Assembly (NCBI GenBank): GCA_963693095.2
Contig: OY843768.1
Span: forward strand, 1,184,001-1,248,000
DNA length: 64,000 nucleotides
Direction of reading: 5' to 3'
Origin: Cenarchaeum sp.
GTDB lineage: Archaea > Thermoproteota > Nitrososphaeria > Nitrososphaerales > Nitrosopumilaceae
The notes under the pieces were generated by a model. That model searched no databases, was not told the DNA's origin, and worked only from the letters and a program-made list of their open reading frames with translations. This document shows, piece by piece, positions 40,101 to 49,140 of the stretch; within the stretch, counting starts at the first letter, position 1, and the number at the start of each line of letters is the position of its first letter. The position numbers and the translations under genes were made by a program.

Positions 40101-40223
40101 ATTGTACTCGTCGACGCCCTCGAGGTGCGCATGGAGGAGCGCCATCGAGGCGCCCATCACCGCAAAGACGATGATGGCCGCTAGGATCGCGCCCACTACC
40201 GGCCACACCCCAGGGCTGCCCAC
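37164..40223 (-). CDS. Large (1019 aa) pilin-like adhesin with class III-like N-terminal helix
   Basis: G-VWPVVGAILAAIIVF, then ESLGV..I.VSN..VEI..V..AVTRMGNTF (archaeal pilin-like domain) and a long beta-rich extension. Confidence 0.6.
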   Translation of the reverse strand: MGSPGVWPVVGAILAAIIVFAVMGASMALLHAHLEGVDEYNRRAADAADSQRRAVHESLGVGVTEGDGRSYTIHVSNERADPVEIIEVRSMLQNGTVARLPEFDGRMPLAGFGEASIGYDVPDGVDGSVSIVAVTRMGNTFGAEIDTSGSAKNPARETVSGMGIGSRLEQAEHSGHVIYGSDTWTNIASLRPHIEVDVDATEAAPNFASLLLDSDTRTSTAISGYSSKALITVAPDGTARNTTKPDLASYTASRGSATVSSEGGTTTVSGGQSALLKLDSAMLGKTLLFNATLGGGSVEILTSPYATLADTVSIAQLKERCGGLVWKANPKDHLKESPLAVSAGWIIDVNKPENSLIYAGTLPTSSISKDTITYSKESATSMRELHTAYWGFSHHLLASHPYSRAHSHDISHPMDHRYYLPLLDTQFPYYAHPGQYEIQHNSTSMAFPGTGLLLRDGARFHVAYEPTLESRMHVIQKGTDNIIANSGVTLDEPLTLTNKRFSYGTPIGYAFEHYATHYPHIYITAPAYAIASSSGEERFALDNPEESNSFLGRVHTHYGVPSMMFTEGTGGNDDYASLAGIKFNTLTTKSSNSTSIERHPQTSWAQSTAIFTWGDTLCVIAERQYVVDTVISSDSAAHRVEMPERDSAYARNLYALVHTSGSTVTLDAVSDEGIVGLAPSVPYRFAIDDKTLHFGFTTKHGTIPFVESMPESFTLHTYPDAASYRGSFSTIIFDPRAGKSMRIATPEDHIYTVHTWAQIPVAGSVTVSDVELRARDGTAMRLAYLDGEYSASEDDEGRIWVPVVPGYFSIHMKVNGVDAVLRYSDVLGGSNVRVIPASTSTVSRVSFEQPIDHIDASAGASAYTIATSDRPILAIISGTVSGHAHIEHTHRESQMPRCARDPLTGWVAAYRNGDLVYESERISNYAPEISATSKVLANGNGSTKTTFTYDRTTISNTVNVSTVSPGDFVEFYIHANIYAESAFPSPEGRTWCGTGTIRTHVSSDASATANIHGGSIIIG

Positions 40224-41695
40224 GCGTGCAGGGCAAACTCGGAGCTAGCGCACTGCGACTCGTCGAGCTCGGCCCCGCCCGATTCCACAAGGAGCGCGTT
40301 TACCGGCACGTCCGGAGCGCAATAGACGGCGCCCGTTGGCCTGCCCCCACGGTCAATTGGCATCATGTCATCAATGTCCACCGTTGCCCACGAACCTGGC
40401 GCACACTCGGAGAGCAGGAGTGCATCTGCGGCGTCATGTGCGTCTTCTGCCATGCGCACAAGCGAGAGGCGCGTCTCGGTTCCGTTAATGCCAATCATGC
40501 CTGCCCTCGCCGAGGTGACTATGCCGCGATAGCACGTCTCCTTGAAAAGGCTGCCCGAGCAGGGACTGTCATCGTTCAAGTCATGCAAGTCGTTCAAGTC
40601 ATGCAAGTCGTTCAAGTCATGCAAGTCGTTCAAGTCATGCAAGTCGTTCAAGTCATGCAAGTCGTTCAAGTCATGCAAGTCGTTCAAGTCATGCAAGTCG
40701 TTCAAGTCATGCAAGTCGTTCAAGTCGTTCAAGTCATCATGCGGAACCTGCGTGTCGGCCCATGAGCCTCGCAGGGCACTGTCGAGAAGCGCACTAGAGC
40801 AGAGCTCTGCAATGCTTTGTGCGCCATCGGTGGCCCCGCACACGCTAGACAGCACGGCTGCCGCACCGGCCGGATCAGAGGCCACAAGGCGCTCAGTTGT
40901 GGACATGTCATCCAGATGACGCTCCGCAGGCGGGTCAGTTGCGCCGCTGCCCTGCGCAGAGTGCTCAAGGAGGTCAAGCTCAAAGAGCAGGCGCGAGCTA
41001 GGCCCGAGCTGCCTATGAACTGTCGCATCGAGCGGAAACGGAAACCCGTCGAGTATCGTGATGCTCGTGCCAGGGGTGTCCGGATACCCCACGTGTGCCA
41101 CCTCGACGTCCTCCCCACCGACTGTGGCCATGTCCATCGAGATCACGTGCAGCGCGCCATCACCGTCTCCCCACCTTTCGCCGACCTCTAGATCCCGCGG
41201 TGTGCTGCTGTTCGCGTGCGCGTCAATCCAAAAGAGCGTCTCGCGCAGGACCGAGACCATGACGCCATGCTGCGCGTCAGCATACACGTCAAGCCTGCCC
41301 TCTGCGCCGATTCGCAGTATTGCGTCCTGCCGGGCAGTCGCGTGGTCTTCGGGAACGCCAAACCTGGCCTGCACGACCCACACGGGACCATGCCACTCCT
41401 CGAGCATGCCGATAAACTCGAGCTCGGCTGTGACGCACTCGGAGCCGACTGAGGGCAGCGTGTGGGCCACGCACATCCTGTACGCAAACGAGTCTAGCGC
41501 GTCAAGGCCCTCGCCAAGGTGCCATGTCGGCACCCTGGCGTCGGACGCTGCGCTGGCCATGGCATCAGGCGGCGACGGAGGCGATGCGAGTGCGACTAGC
41601 GCGAGTATACAGGCACACCCCACAAGGCGGTCGAAACCATGTCGGAACGCCGACTGCGCCAGCGCCTGCACCCCACTCTTCATTCTGCCGACCAC
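40196..41695 (-). CDS. Secreted protein with (DLNDLH)n linker and C-terminal thermonuclease (SNase)-like domain
   Basis: Hydrophobic N-terminus; C-terminal G.VT..RLSLV..C.PGS..VD.DD..D.GGR..VYC..VN..LVESG.A..C..SEF..WA. Confidence 0.68.
   Translation of the reverse strand: MVGRMKSGVQALAQSAFRHGFDRLVGCACILALVALASPPSPPDAMASAASDARVPTWHLGEGLDALDSFAYRMCVAHTLPSVGSECVTAELEFIGMLEEWHGPVWVVQARFGVPEDHATARQDAILRIGAEGRLDVYADAQHGVMVSVLRETLFWIDAHANSSTPRDLEVGERWGDGDGALHVISMDMATVGGEDVEVAHVGYPDTPGTSITILDGFPFPLDATVHRQLGPSSRLLFELDLLEHSAQGSGATDPPAERHLDDMSTTERLVASDPAGAAAVLSSVCGATDGAQSIAELCSSALLDSALRGSWADTQVPHDDLNDLNDLHDLNDLHDLNDLHDLNDLHDLNDLHDLNDLHDLNDLHDLNDLHDLNDDSPCSGSLFKETCYRGIVTSARAGMIGINGTETRLSLVRMAEDAHDAADALLLSECAPGSWATVDIDDMMPIDRGGRPTGAVYCAPDVPVNALLVESGGAELDESQCASSEFALHAWAALGCGR
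40572..40733. repeat. Perfect 18-bp tandem repeat (TCGTTCAAGTCATGCAAG) x8 plus two extra 9-mers
   Basis: Read directly; encodes DLNDLH on the minus strand. Confidence 0.97.
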
Positions 41696-41749
41696 ACCAT
41701 AGCACGCGTGGGAAGCGCGTGAATTTTGAATAAAAGGCGCGCAGTGGCC

Positions 41750-44221
41750 CTATGAGACGCTGATCATGCGCGCAAGGCGATGCGCGATGCGCCATGCCAC
41801 GAGGGCCGCGACTGCCACGATGAACGCCAAGAGTGCCGTATCGACATCAACGTCAAGGCCGTCTGTGGCATCAGGGAGCCCCACGCTAACCGTCGCGCTA
41901 GCGGTTCCACCCCACACGTTTGTGAGCATCACCGTGTTCGCAATTCCCTGGACCGCAGACACCGTGCAGCCATGTACCGACGAGCACACGCGCTCCACGG
42001 GCACGCCGTTGCGCTCGACTGACGCTATATCGCCAAACGCCTCGCGAGGGCGCGCCTGCAGCGTCGTGTGCGCGCACGAGGGGCACGAGACGGCATAGTC
42101 CATCGCGTTGTCCGTGGCGATGTTGGCGATCTCGAGGATCGGCGTCGTAAAGAGGACCTCGGCAGTCATGTTGCGCGAGTGGACAGCCGTGCCATCGGTG
42201 ACGCCGTAGGAGAACTCGTATGCCGACGGGGCCTCGTATATCGTGTTGGAGCCAAGCTCGGCGACGCTGTCGGCCATCAGCGCATACACGTCAGTGAAAG
42301 AGACGCCGGTTCGGTTCAGGATATAGTCCACGCGCCCGCCGCCAGTCGACTCGGCGGCCATCTTGCGCGGATACATGTCCGAGACGACCATGTTGGCGAT
42401 CTCGGCATCATCGGCCTCGAGCTCGACGCTCTCACATATGCGGTCATGCAGGTATGACGGCTCCACAGTTGCGCCAAACGCGCCGACTCCGGCAGTTGGG
42501 ACTATCTCGACGGATGCGCCGCCGTCGGCGACCGGACCGCTGCCGTCCACCATGGCAAGGCTTGCCGGAACGGCAAAGCGCGCACGCGGGTACGTATAGT
42601 TGTACGAGACCAGGTCGCGCAGCTCGTGGCCGGCAAAGTCCTCTGTGCGCACGGTGTTGCGCAGGCTCGCAACGTCAGCACCGCTCTCTGCCATGAATTC
42701 CGATATCGGGTACTCCATGTAGAGGCGCCCGTATGCGGCCTGTGTGAACATTGCCGAGGCCGCATGCCTCCCAAGCAGGAGCGCGCCGTCGATGAGGCCC
42801 CCATCATGCTTGGTGCAGCGCTCAGCGTCGCGCGCAGACGGGCCGGCCGTCGCGTTCCAGGAGAGGCTCGCATCAAGCGGGATCGAGCCTGTCAGGTAGC
42901 GCGCCGTGCCCTCGTGGTCCATCTCGTTGAGCAGCGCGCGGCGCATCTCATGCGGGCCGGCATCCGCATCGTCCCTTCCGCCCCCCAGGGATCCATCATA
43001 CCTCACCGCCATGACGTGCCTCTTTGACCACGCCCAGTCGCCATGGGCCAGAACAGAGTCGGCCAGCGAGACGTACGCGTAAGGCTCGCCGAACTGTGGG
43101 TCATACCTCACTATGAGCGGCTCGATGGACTCGGTGACGTCGTGTGCGCGCGCCTCACCCGTGCGCACGCGCGCATGCGCATGGATGTTGTGGAGCGTTG
43201 CGGTGTAGTCGATCCCGTGGCGCCCGTGGTATCGGGCGCACGCCGGCTCGGCAGCACCGTGCGCCGTGCCCACCGCACACGACGAGTTGTACATGGCCGA
43301 GCCGCCCGCGTAAGAGTGCTCGATCGCCTGCGCGTCATATCCGGCAATTCCCCCCGCGACGAGGACGCATGAGGGCTCGTCACAGTCAAGCTCCTGCGCC
43401 AGCTCGAGCATTCCGTGATCTTTTGTGTGGGTGGCATAGATCGTCCCAAGGCGCTCCTCCTTCCACGCATAGTCGATCTCGTGGATGACGCTTATCGGAT
43501 CCCACACATAGTACGTCCCGTCCAGGTTTGCCGCCGTGTGGCCCGCCGAGTCTGTGAGCGGCTCGTATGAGAGGCTCACCGAGAGGCCGGGGTCGATCAC
43601 GCGGACCGGAAACGCCGACTCGGAGACAAACGCCTGGTAGCCCGTGTACAGGTATCCGCCTAGCATGACTATGACCTTTGCCATCACGTGCGCCTTTTTT
43701 GCCACGCGGTACGACTCGTCAGGCCCATAGATGTCGTGCGGCAGGACCACGCTGCCCTCCTCGCTGCGCGGCCCGCTGCCGCCGTATCCCTCGAATCCCG
43801 ACGGCTGGCATCCCCCACGGCGGCTATAGGAGCACTTTACCTTGAGCGGCGTGCACTCACCACTGCCTCCCGGAACCTCCACGGGGCACACCTTTACGGC
43901 GCTGCACCCCTCGACGCGCATGTTGGTGTGGTATCCGAGCGCGTCGCCCGGATAGAACGTTCTGTCTGGGTTGTTTCTCCTGTGGCCGTTGTGGAGCACG
44001 GGCATCACTGCGAGCTCTGTGTGAACCTTGCACTTTTCGCGAAGGTACATGTAGAGCTTTGATCTATGGTACACCTGATCGCTTCCGGCCGTGTTTTTTT
44101 GCGTGGAGAGGGCACCATCTGTGGCGTGCCTAGCGTCAGCCTCTCCCATTGCCGCCGACATTGCAAGTGCTGCGGCAAGCGCCATTGCGAGCGAGAGAAA
44201 CATCAAGTGCGCGCCATTCAT
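41750..44221 (-). CDS. Cell-surface protein (823 aa), signal peptide, Cys-rich N-domain, C-terminal TM anchor
   Basis: ADA-R cleavage site; C-terminal ALLAFIVAVAALVAW followed by RIAHR. Confidence 0.72.
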   Translation of the reverse strand: MNGAHLMFLSLAMALAAALAMSAAMGEADARHATDGALSTQKNTAGSDQVYHRSKLYMYLREKCKVHTELAVMPVLHNGHRRNNPDRTFYPGDALGYHTNMRVEGCSAVKVCPVEVPGGSGECTPLKVKCSYSRRGGCQPSGFEGYGGSGPRSEEGSVVLPHDIYGPDESYRVAKKAHVMAKVIVMLGGYLYTGYQAFVSESAFPVRVIDPGLSVSLSYEPLTDSAGHTAANLDGTYYVWDPISVIHEIDYAWKEERLGTIYATHTKDHGMLELAQELDCDEPSCVLVAGGIAGYDAQAIEHSYAGGSAMYNSSCAVGTAHGAAEPACARYHGRHGIDYTATLHNIHAHARVRTGEARAHDVTESIEPLIVRYDPQFGEPYAYVSLADSVLAHGDWAWSKRHVMAVRYDGSLGGGRDDADAGPHEMRRALLNEMDHEGTARYLTGSIPLDASLSWNATAGPSARDAERCTKHDGGLIDGALLLGRHAASAMFTQAAYGRLYMEYPISEFMAESGADVASLRNTVRTEDFAGHELRDLVSYNYTYPRARFAVPASLAMVDGSGPVADGGASVEIVPTAGVGAFGATVEPSYLHDRICESVELEADDAEIANMVVSDMYPRKMAAESTGGGRVDYILNRTGVSFTDVYALMADSVAELGSNTIYEAPSAYEFSYGVTDGTAVHSRNMTAEVLFTTPILEIANIATDNAMDYAVSCPSCAHTTLQARPREAFGDIASVERNGVPVERVCSSVHGCTVSAVQGIANTVMLTNVWGGTASATVSVGLPDATDGLDVDVDTALLAFIVAVAALVAWRIAHRLARMISVS

Positions 44222-44709
44222 GGCTCGCCCACCAGCCGTATAACGTTGCCGGGTTCTGTGACCAAGAGTATTCCCACATCCTCGCCATCATGGCCAGCTC
44301 CAAGGGTGGGACTAAAGCGCATGTCAGTTATCTCGCCGGCAGGCAGCGTGCATGCGCCAGCGTGATCCTGTGCGGTGACCTTTTGCATTGTCGAGCATCC
44401 CGCGTCTGAGATGACCGTGTCGGCATACACATAGTGGATCCCCGCAATCTCAATGTCCGCATCGCCAGCGTTGACGATCTCGACCCTGGCAGTCCACGCC
44501 GAGGGTGCGTCGGCCTCTGGCGCACTAGAGTGTATGACGCGCAGTGACTCGCCGAGCCGCGAGATCTTTTGCCGTATGATCGACTCGCCTGCCTCGCCGG
44601 CCGAGTCTAGCCCCTCGCCCACAAAGTGAAGGAGTGCGGCACCGGCGGCGGACACGATGCCAAAGAGCATGGCAAACCCGATAATTTCAGAGGCGAGGCG
44701 GGCGCGCAT
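44218..44709 (-). CDS. Archaeal type IV pilin-like protein
   Basis: MRARL-ASEIIGFAMLFGIV class III-like signal; ESLRV, N.GD..I.I, VTEPGN. Confidence 0.72.
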   Translation of the reverse strand: MRARLASEIIGFAMLFGIVSAAGAALLHFVGEGLDSAGEAGESIIRQKISRLGESLRVIHSSAPEADAPSAWTARVEIVNAGDADIEIAGIHYVYADTVISDAGCSTMQKVTAQDHAGACTLPAGEITDMRFSPTLGAGHDGEDVGILLVTEPGNVIRLVGEP

Positions 44710-44713
44710 GATC

Positions 44714-45214
44714 TCACCTCGCGAGGACTCCTGCGGTCCTCACGATTGAGCCGCCAGAGAGCGGCTCGGCAAAGACCGAGATCGCATACCTTGTGGATGG
44801 GGTCACAGACAGGGCGTGAACCGAGGGGCCGAGCCGGATCGACTCGCCCGGCAGGAGCGTGCATGGCACGCCATCCTGCCCAATGGCGCACGCCGAGCCG
44901 TCAGCACGGCGCAGGCTTGCTGACAGTGCGCACCCCTTTGGCTCACACGTGCCCTGTTCTGGGGACACCAGGGTGAGCGAGGCGAGGCGCACGGCCTCAG
45001 CCCCCCCATTGCCCACCATCCCGTGGAGGACCGCATGACTGCCCCCAATTGCCTCAAGTCCAAGGCCTGACACGTTGAGCGACGGGAGCGAGGAGATCTC
45101 GCCCACGCGCGCATCGAGATGGTGTGACACGGCAAGGGCGAGTCCGGCCGTTATGAGAACGGCGAGGGCGACGGAGACCATGGCCGTCATGCGCGCCCAC
45201 CCCGACCCGCGCAT
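44714..45214 (-). CDS. Pilin-like protein
   Basis: N-terminal hydrophobic helix, V.NGG..V.L, C.LLPGES, Y.ISV beta-sandwich pattern. Confidence 0.55.
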   Translation of the reverse strand: MRGSGWARMTAMVSVALAVLITAGLALAVSHHLDARVGEISSLPSLNVSGLGLEAIGGSHAVLHGMVGNGGAEAVRLASLTLVSPEQGTCEPKGCALSASLRRADGSACAIGQDGVPCTLLPGESIRLGPSVHALSVTPSTRYAISVFAEPLSGGSIVRTAGVLAR

Positions 45215-45220
45215 GCGCGC

Positions 45221-47131
45221 CTAGGAGTTTGGGTTTGTGTCAAACATTTCATACTCGTCATTTAGGGGCTCGATGGTCACAAGGAGCCGGTGCTTGTCCG
45301 TGAGAAGGAGGCACTGTCCCGTGTCAAAGGACGTGATCGCATCCTTTTCCTCCTCAGAGAGGCTCATGTGCTCAAGGAGGAGCTGGGCCTCGGACTCGGT
45401 GTTCTTCATGAGAAATTTTGTGCCCGCGTTGCTCAGGTATGACTTTCCCTCTGCGGTGCTGACCATGTCGCTGAGCTCTTGCACGATGAATATGCACCAG
45501 ACATTGTATGCCCTTCCAAGCTTTGCGATGGACATGACATACTGCGCAATGCTTCGGTGCCTAAAGAGCTTCCAGCCCTCGTCAATTATGAGCAGCTTTG
45601 GAACATGTCGGGGCATTGAGCGGATCATCTTCCAGAACTTGCCAAGCGAGAGAAGCAAGAGTATGCGCTCGTCATCATCACTTGCGTCATTGAACGCAAG
45701 AACTGTCCTGTCACCAAATGTTGCGCTGCCCCTAAACACCTCGGACTGTCCCCCCACGACAAAGTCGTCAAGATACGTGTGATAGTCCTTGCCGCCGCCG
45801 ATCGCGCGCAGGTGCTTGTGCATGTCATCTAGCGACGAGCACTTTTGCGCAACTGCCTTGAAGGCCTTGCGGGCCTTTATGTCGCTGCCAACCTCGGCTA
45901 TGTCGGCGAGGAATCCGGCGGCGAGCGTGGGGTTGTCATCAAACACGAGAAACGGGTCAAAGCCCAGGCGGCGCGACATGGTGACATCCACTATTTTCAT
46001 CCCCTCGACGTCTGACAGTCCTGCGGCATACTCGCTCTTTGGGTCTATTCCGAGTAGCACGGCGTCCGGATTTTTGCGCAAGAAACGGCGCGCGAGCATC
46101 TTTGTGAGAAACGACTTGCCTGCCCCTGACCACCCGATTATTGCAGTGTTGTAGTTTGGCCTCATGCGGTAGTTGAATATTATCGGCGCGCCGGTGTGCG
46201 ATGACGTGCCAATGGCGATTCCGCCCGGCGCCTCCATCAGGTCATTTGACGTGAACGCAAAGAGCGGCTGCATGCTCTCAAGGTCAATTGTGAGATCCAC
46301 GCCGAGTGAGTGGTTGGCGTTCCACAGGTCAAGATGGAGTGCCGCCGGCGCATCGACCCTGCAAAAGCTCTGCTTGCAGTACATCGCAAGGCGCCTCTCC
46401 TTCCTGCGCATCTCAGATGGCGTTCCGGCGAGTATCGCCGTGATCGTCACGCCAAAGAGGCGCGTGCGGTTGTTGGATATTAGAGTCGTGAGGCGCTGCG
46501 CATTTTCCAGCTGTGCTGATATCGTGTCATCACGCGAGGCCATCACCTTTAGGTTCTCGGTAAACCCGCGCATTCGCGTGGCCGCAATGTGCTGCTCGAT
46601 TGGGCGAACAGTCACGCATGCGGCCTCGAGAAGCCTGCCTGACTCGCCGTTGCCATACGCCTCGACGTTCATGTTCATCATGTCCATTATCCATGCCGGA
46701 GGCATTGCGCTAGGCAGCGCATAGAAGACAAAGCATCGCGCAGTGCGCCCGTCGGCTAGCTCTAGGCCGCCGAGGCTATGCCTCCTCACTGCAGGCCTCA
46801 TAAGCCCAGAGCTCACCGTGAACTGAAACCCCGAGGGCATGATCGCCGCATCAAGGGGCTCAGAGGAGGCCAAGTGCGTCTCTGGGATCACCATCTTGAC
46901 TGTCCGGTCGCCGACCTCAACTTCGACGGTCTTGCGCGACACCCATATCGTCATTGGCCTCGTGATCCCAAGGAGGATGGACGAGAATCCCGAGAGCGCC
47001 TTGGCGCGCTCGTCATCATGCATGCCATCAAAGTTGACCGGATACACGCGATAGACATAGCGCCGGTTCATCCTCTCCGTCTGCGCAACTGCAGTCGCGC
47101 CGCTGCCTGCCACCGTTGCCAGTCTTCCCAT
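45221..47131 (-). CDS. VirB4/TraC-like conjugation ATPase
   Basis: NYNTAIIGWSGAGKS, IDPKSEY, LLIIDEGW, GRAYN, IVQELSD, GQCLL; VirB4-like N-terminal region. Confidence 0.85.
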   Translation of the reverse strand: MGRLATVAGSGATAVAQTERMNRRYVYRVYPVNFDGMHDDERAKALSGFSSILLGITRPMTIWVSRKTVEVEVGDRTVKMVIPETHLASSEPLDAAIMPSGFQFTVSSGLMRPAVRRHSLGGLELADGRTARCFVFYALPSAMPPAWIMDMMNMNVEAYGNGESGRLLEAACVTVRPIEQHIAATRMRGFTENLKVMASRDDTISAQLENAQRLTTLISNNRTRLFGVTITAILAGTPSEMRRKERRLAMYCKQSFCRVDAPAALHLDLWNANHSLGVDLTIDLESMQPLFAFTSNDLMEAPGGIAIGTSSHTGAPIIFNYRMRPNYNTAIIGWSGAGKSFLTKMLARRFLRKNPDAVLLGIDPKSEYAAGLSDVEGMKIVDVTMSRRLGFDPFLVFDDNPTLAAGFLADIAEVGSDIKARKAFKAVAQKCSSLDDMHKHLRAIGGGKDYHTYLDDFVVGGQSEVFRGSATFGDRTVLAFNDASDDDERILLLLSLGKFWKMIRSMPRHVPKLLIIDEGWKLFRHRSIAQYVMSIAKLGRAYNVWCIFIVQELSDMVSTAEGKSYLSNAGTKFLMKNTESEAQLLLEHMSLSEEEKDAITSFDTGQCLLLTDKHRLLVTIEPLNDEYEMFDTNPNS

Positions 47132-47155
47132 TGAATCGCCGCGGGAAAATCCGAT

Positions 47156-48745
47156 TTAAGGGCGATAGTAGCGTGCCGTGGCGTCCATGACCTCAGCAGG
47201 CGAGGCGGGGTTGGAGGCGACACACTCCTCGAGGATTGACACCCGGCGCTCAATGTCAGCTGCGGGGTTCTCTAGCCCAAGGGCCTCGGCCGCATCGCGC
47301 AGCCTAGCGCTCTTTTTCACAAGATCGTGCGCAGAGTGCTCGGTGAACGTGTCCCCTAGGGCATCATAGCTGAATATCGTGTCCATGCGCGGCTCCGAGC
47401 CGGCATGGGCGCCCATGCTGACCTCGTCGACGCCAAAGACCCTGCGCACAACTTTGCCGAGGCGCGCAGAGTGCAGCTCGCGGCAGTGCCACACTGTCCA
47501 GAGCAGCGACAGGTAGCTATTGTCCACACCCGCAAACCGGACACGCTCGATCGTCTTTTTTGCGCTCGGCGCGTGCATTGTGGTCACGCCACCGTGGCCG
47601 GCGGCGGCGTTCTCAAAGGCCGCGTATATCGCATCGCGGCTGCGCGCCTCGCCGATGATGACGAGGTGCGGGTTGTGCCTTAGCGTGACGGGAATCAGGT
47701 CCTCTATGCGGTACGCAAGGCTCTTGTTGAGCGCAGATGCGCGCGTGCGAAGCGAGAGGAGGTGCGCGTGCGGCAGGCGCATCTCTGGCGTGTCCTCGAC
47801 TGTCACGATCATCCAGTCGGGGTTTGCCATGGCAAGCAGCGCGTTGGCCATCGTCGTCTTGCCCGAGGAGGTCACCCCAACTACAATGTTAAACGACATT
47901 GCGTCAACTAGCATCCACCAGTATGCGGCCATCATTGAGGTGAGCATGCCGCCGCGAAGGAGGTCTGCGATGGTCAGCGGGGTCCGCGAGAACTTGCGCA
48001 CATTCATGGCAGTTCCCGCTGACACCTCGCGCCTAAACGCCACTGACACCCTGTCGCCCTCGGGTGTCACGGCATCAACTATGGGCTCGGCGTTGCTCGC
48101 GTGCGCGTCGCATTTTTCAAGTATGCGCGTCACGAGGCTGTCAAACTCGGCGTCCGTGCCGAGCCTGATGTTGGTTTTGTACACGGGGTATCCCTTGTGC
48201 GCGCGCAGGACGACTCCGACATCTGTCCTTTTTGGTATCATAATGTCCTCAATGTTGTCGTCACGAAACAGCACGTCAAGGTTCCAGTAGCCATAGGCGC
48301 GCCTGACGTAATAGTTGATCTCGGCGTGGTTGCCAGACACAAGCTCAGAAAAGCCGAGCTCCGAGGCGGCTCCCCATATACGCTCCTTGATCTCCTCGGC
48401 GCCCGGCCGCGCCTCGGCGCCGATGTCCATCGACATGTAGAGGTGGCTCGCAAGCGCGTGGACCGCCCACTCGAGCTCCGGGGACACCTCTGGCTCAGAG
48501 ACTACATAGCGCCCGTCGCGCGTCACAAACACGTGGGCGTCGCCGACGTCATACGAGTCAATGACGTCTGCCTCGGTGATTGTGCGCGGCACAGAGGCGT
48601 GGCCGATGTCAAGGGCGTGGAGCTCCCTGTGCAGGCCATCGCGAACCATGTCGCGGATTGCCTTGTCCATCATGTCGGTCCGGGCCTCAAAGGCCCCGTC
48701 GCGGCGGCGAATTCCCAGCATGGTGTAGTGTGCGCAAATGCGCAT
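47156..48745 (-). CDS. Type II/IV secretion ATPase (TadA/FlaI/VirB11 family)
   Basis: NIEDI, VRKF, GVTSSGKTT, TVEDTPE, LRHNP..IIGEAR, GHGGVTTMHA. Confidence 0.92.
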   Translation of the reverse strand: MRICAHYTMLGIRRRDGAFEARTDMMDKAIRDMVRDGLHRELHALDIGHASVPRTITEADVIDSYDVGDAHVFVTRDGRYVVSEPEVSPELEWAVHALASHLYMSMDIGAEARPGAEEIKERIWGAASELGFSELVSGNHAEINYYVRRAYGYWNLDVLFRDDNIEDIMIPKRTDVGVVLRAHKGYPVYKTNIRLGTDAEFDSLVTRILEKCDAHASNAEPIVDAVTPEGDRVSVAFRREVSAGTAMNVRKFSRTPLTIADLLRGGMLTSMMAAYWWMLVDAMSFNIVVGVTSSGKTTMANALLAMANPDWMIVTVEDTPEMRLPHAHLLSLRTRASALNKSLAYRIEDLIPVTLRHNPHLVIIGEARSRDAIYAAFENAAAGHGGVTTMHAPSAKKTIERVRFAGVDNSYLSLLWTVWHCRELHSARLGKVVRRVFGVDEVSMGAHAGSEPRMDTIFSYDALGDTFTEHSAHDLVKKSARLRDAAEALGLENPAADIERRVSILEECVASNPASPAEVMDATARYYRP

Positions 48746-49132
48746 TTAACGCGGTGCGGGGGTTCCCCCGAGGCCCGACTCGGTCAGCGCGGCGCGATAC
48801 AGCGCGAGTGCCGAGTTTATGGCATCGACGGCAGCCGAGGCGCGGCGCGCCGAGACGCTGATGCTGTGGCCATTGTGGTGATAGAGGCCGAGGCGGCCGC
48901 CCCGCTTCCCGCGCTCTGCTGAGTGCAGGCTGCATGATGCCATCTCGGCGTACCCAAGAACCATGATGCACCCTAGTCGGCCGTTCTCAAGCAGGACACG
49001 CTTGCTGCTCACGTGCATGAGGCACGAGCCGTGCCTAGTGTGGACCTCAAAGGCCGCAATGACCCTCTCGCCGTGCTGTGCGAACATCATCACACCCATG
49101 TGTGGAAAAATGCACTTAAGGCCACACGGCAC
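48746..49132 (-). CDS. Hypothetical protein, possible PH-like fold
   Basis: Run of short beta strands plus a C-terminal helix; abuts the ATPase start. Confidence 0.5.
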   Translation of the reverse strand: MPCGLKCIFPHMGVMMFAQHGERVIAAFEVHTRHGSCLMHVSSKRVLLENGRLGCIMVLGYAEMASCSLHSAERGKRGGRLGLYHHNGHSISVSARRASAAVDAINSALALYRAALTESGLGGTPAPR

Positions 49133-49140
49133 CCTTTTTC

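Noticed and set aside
40572-40733. Possible CRISPR array
   Set aside because: Contiguous tandem units with no unique spacers, in frame within a CDS, and no cas genes
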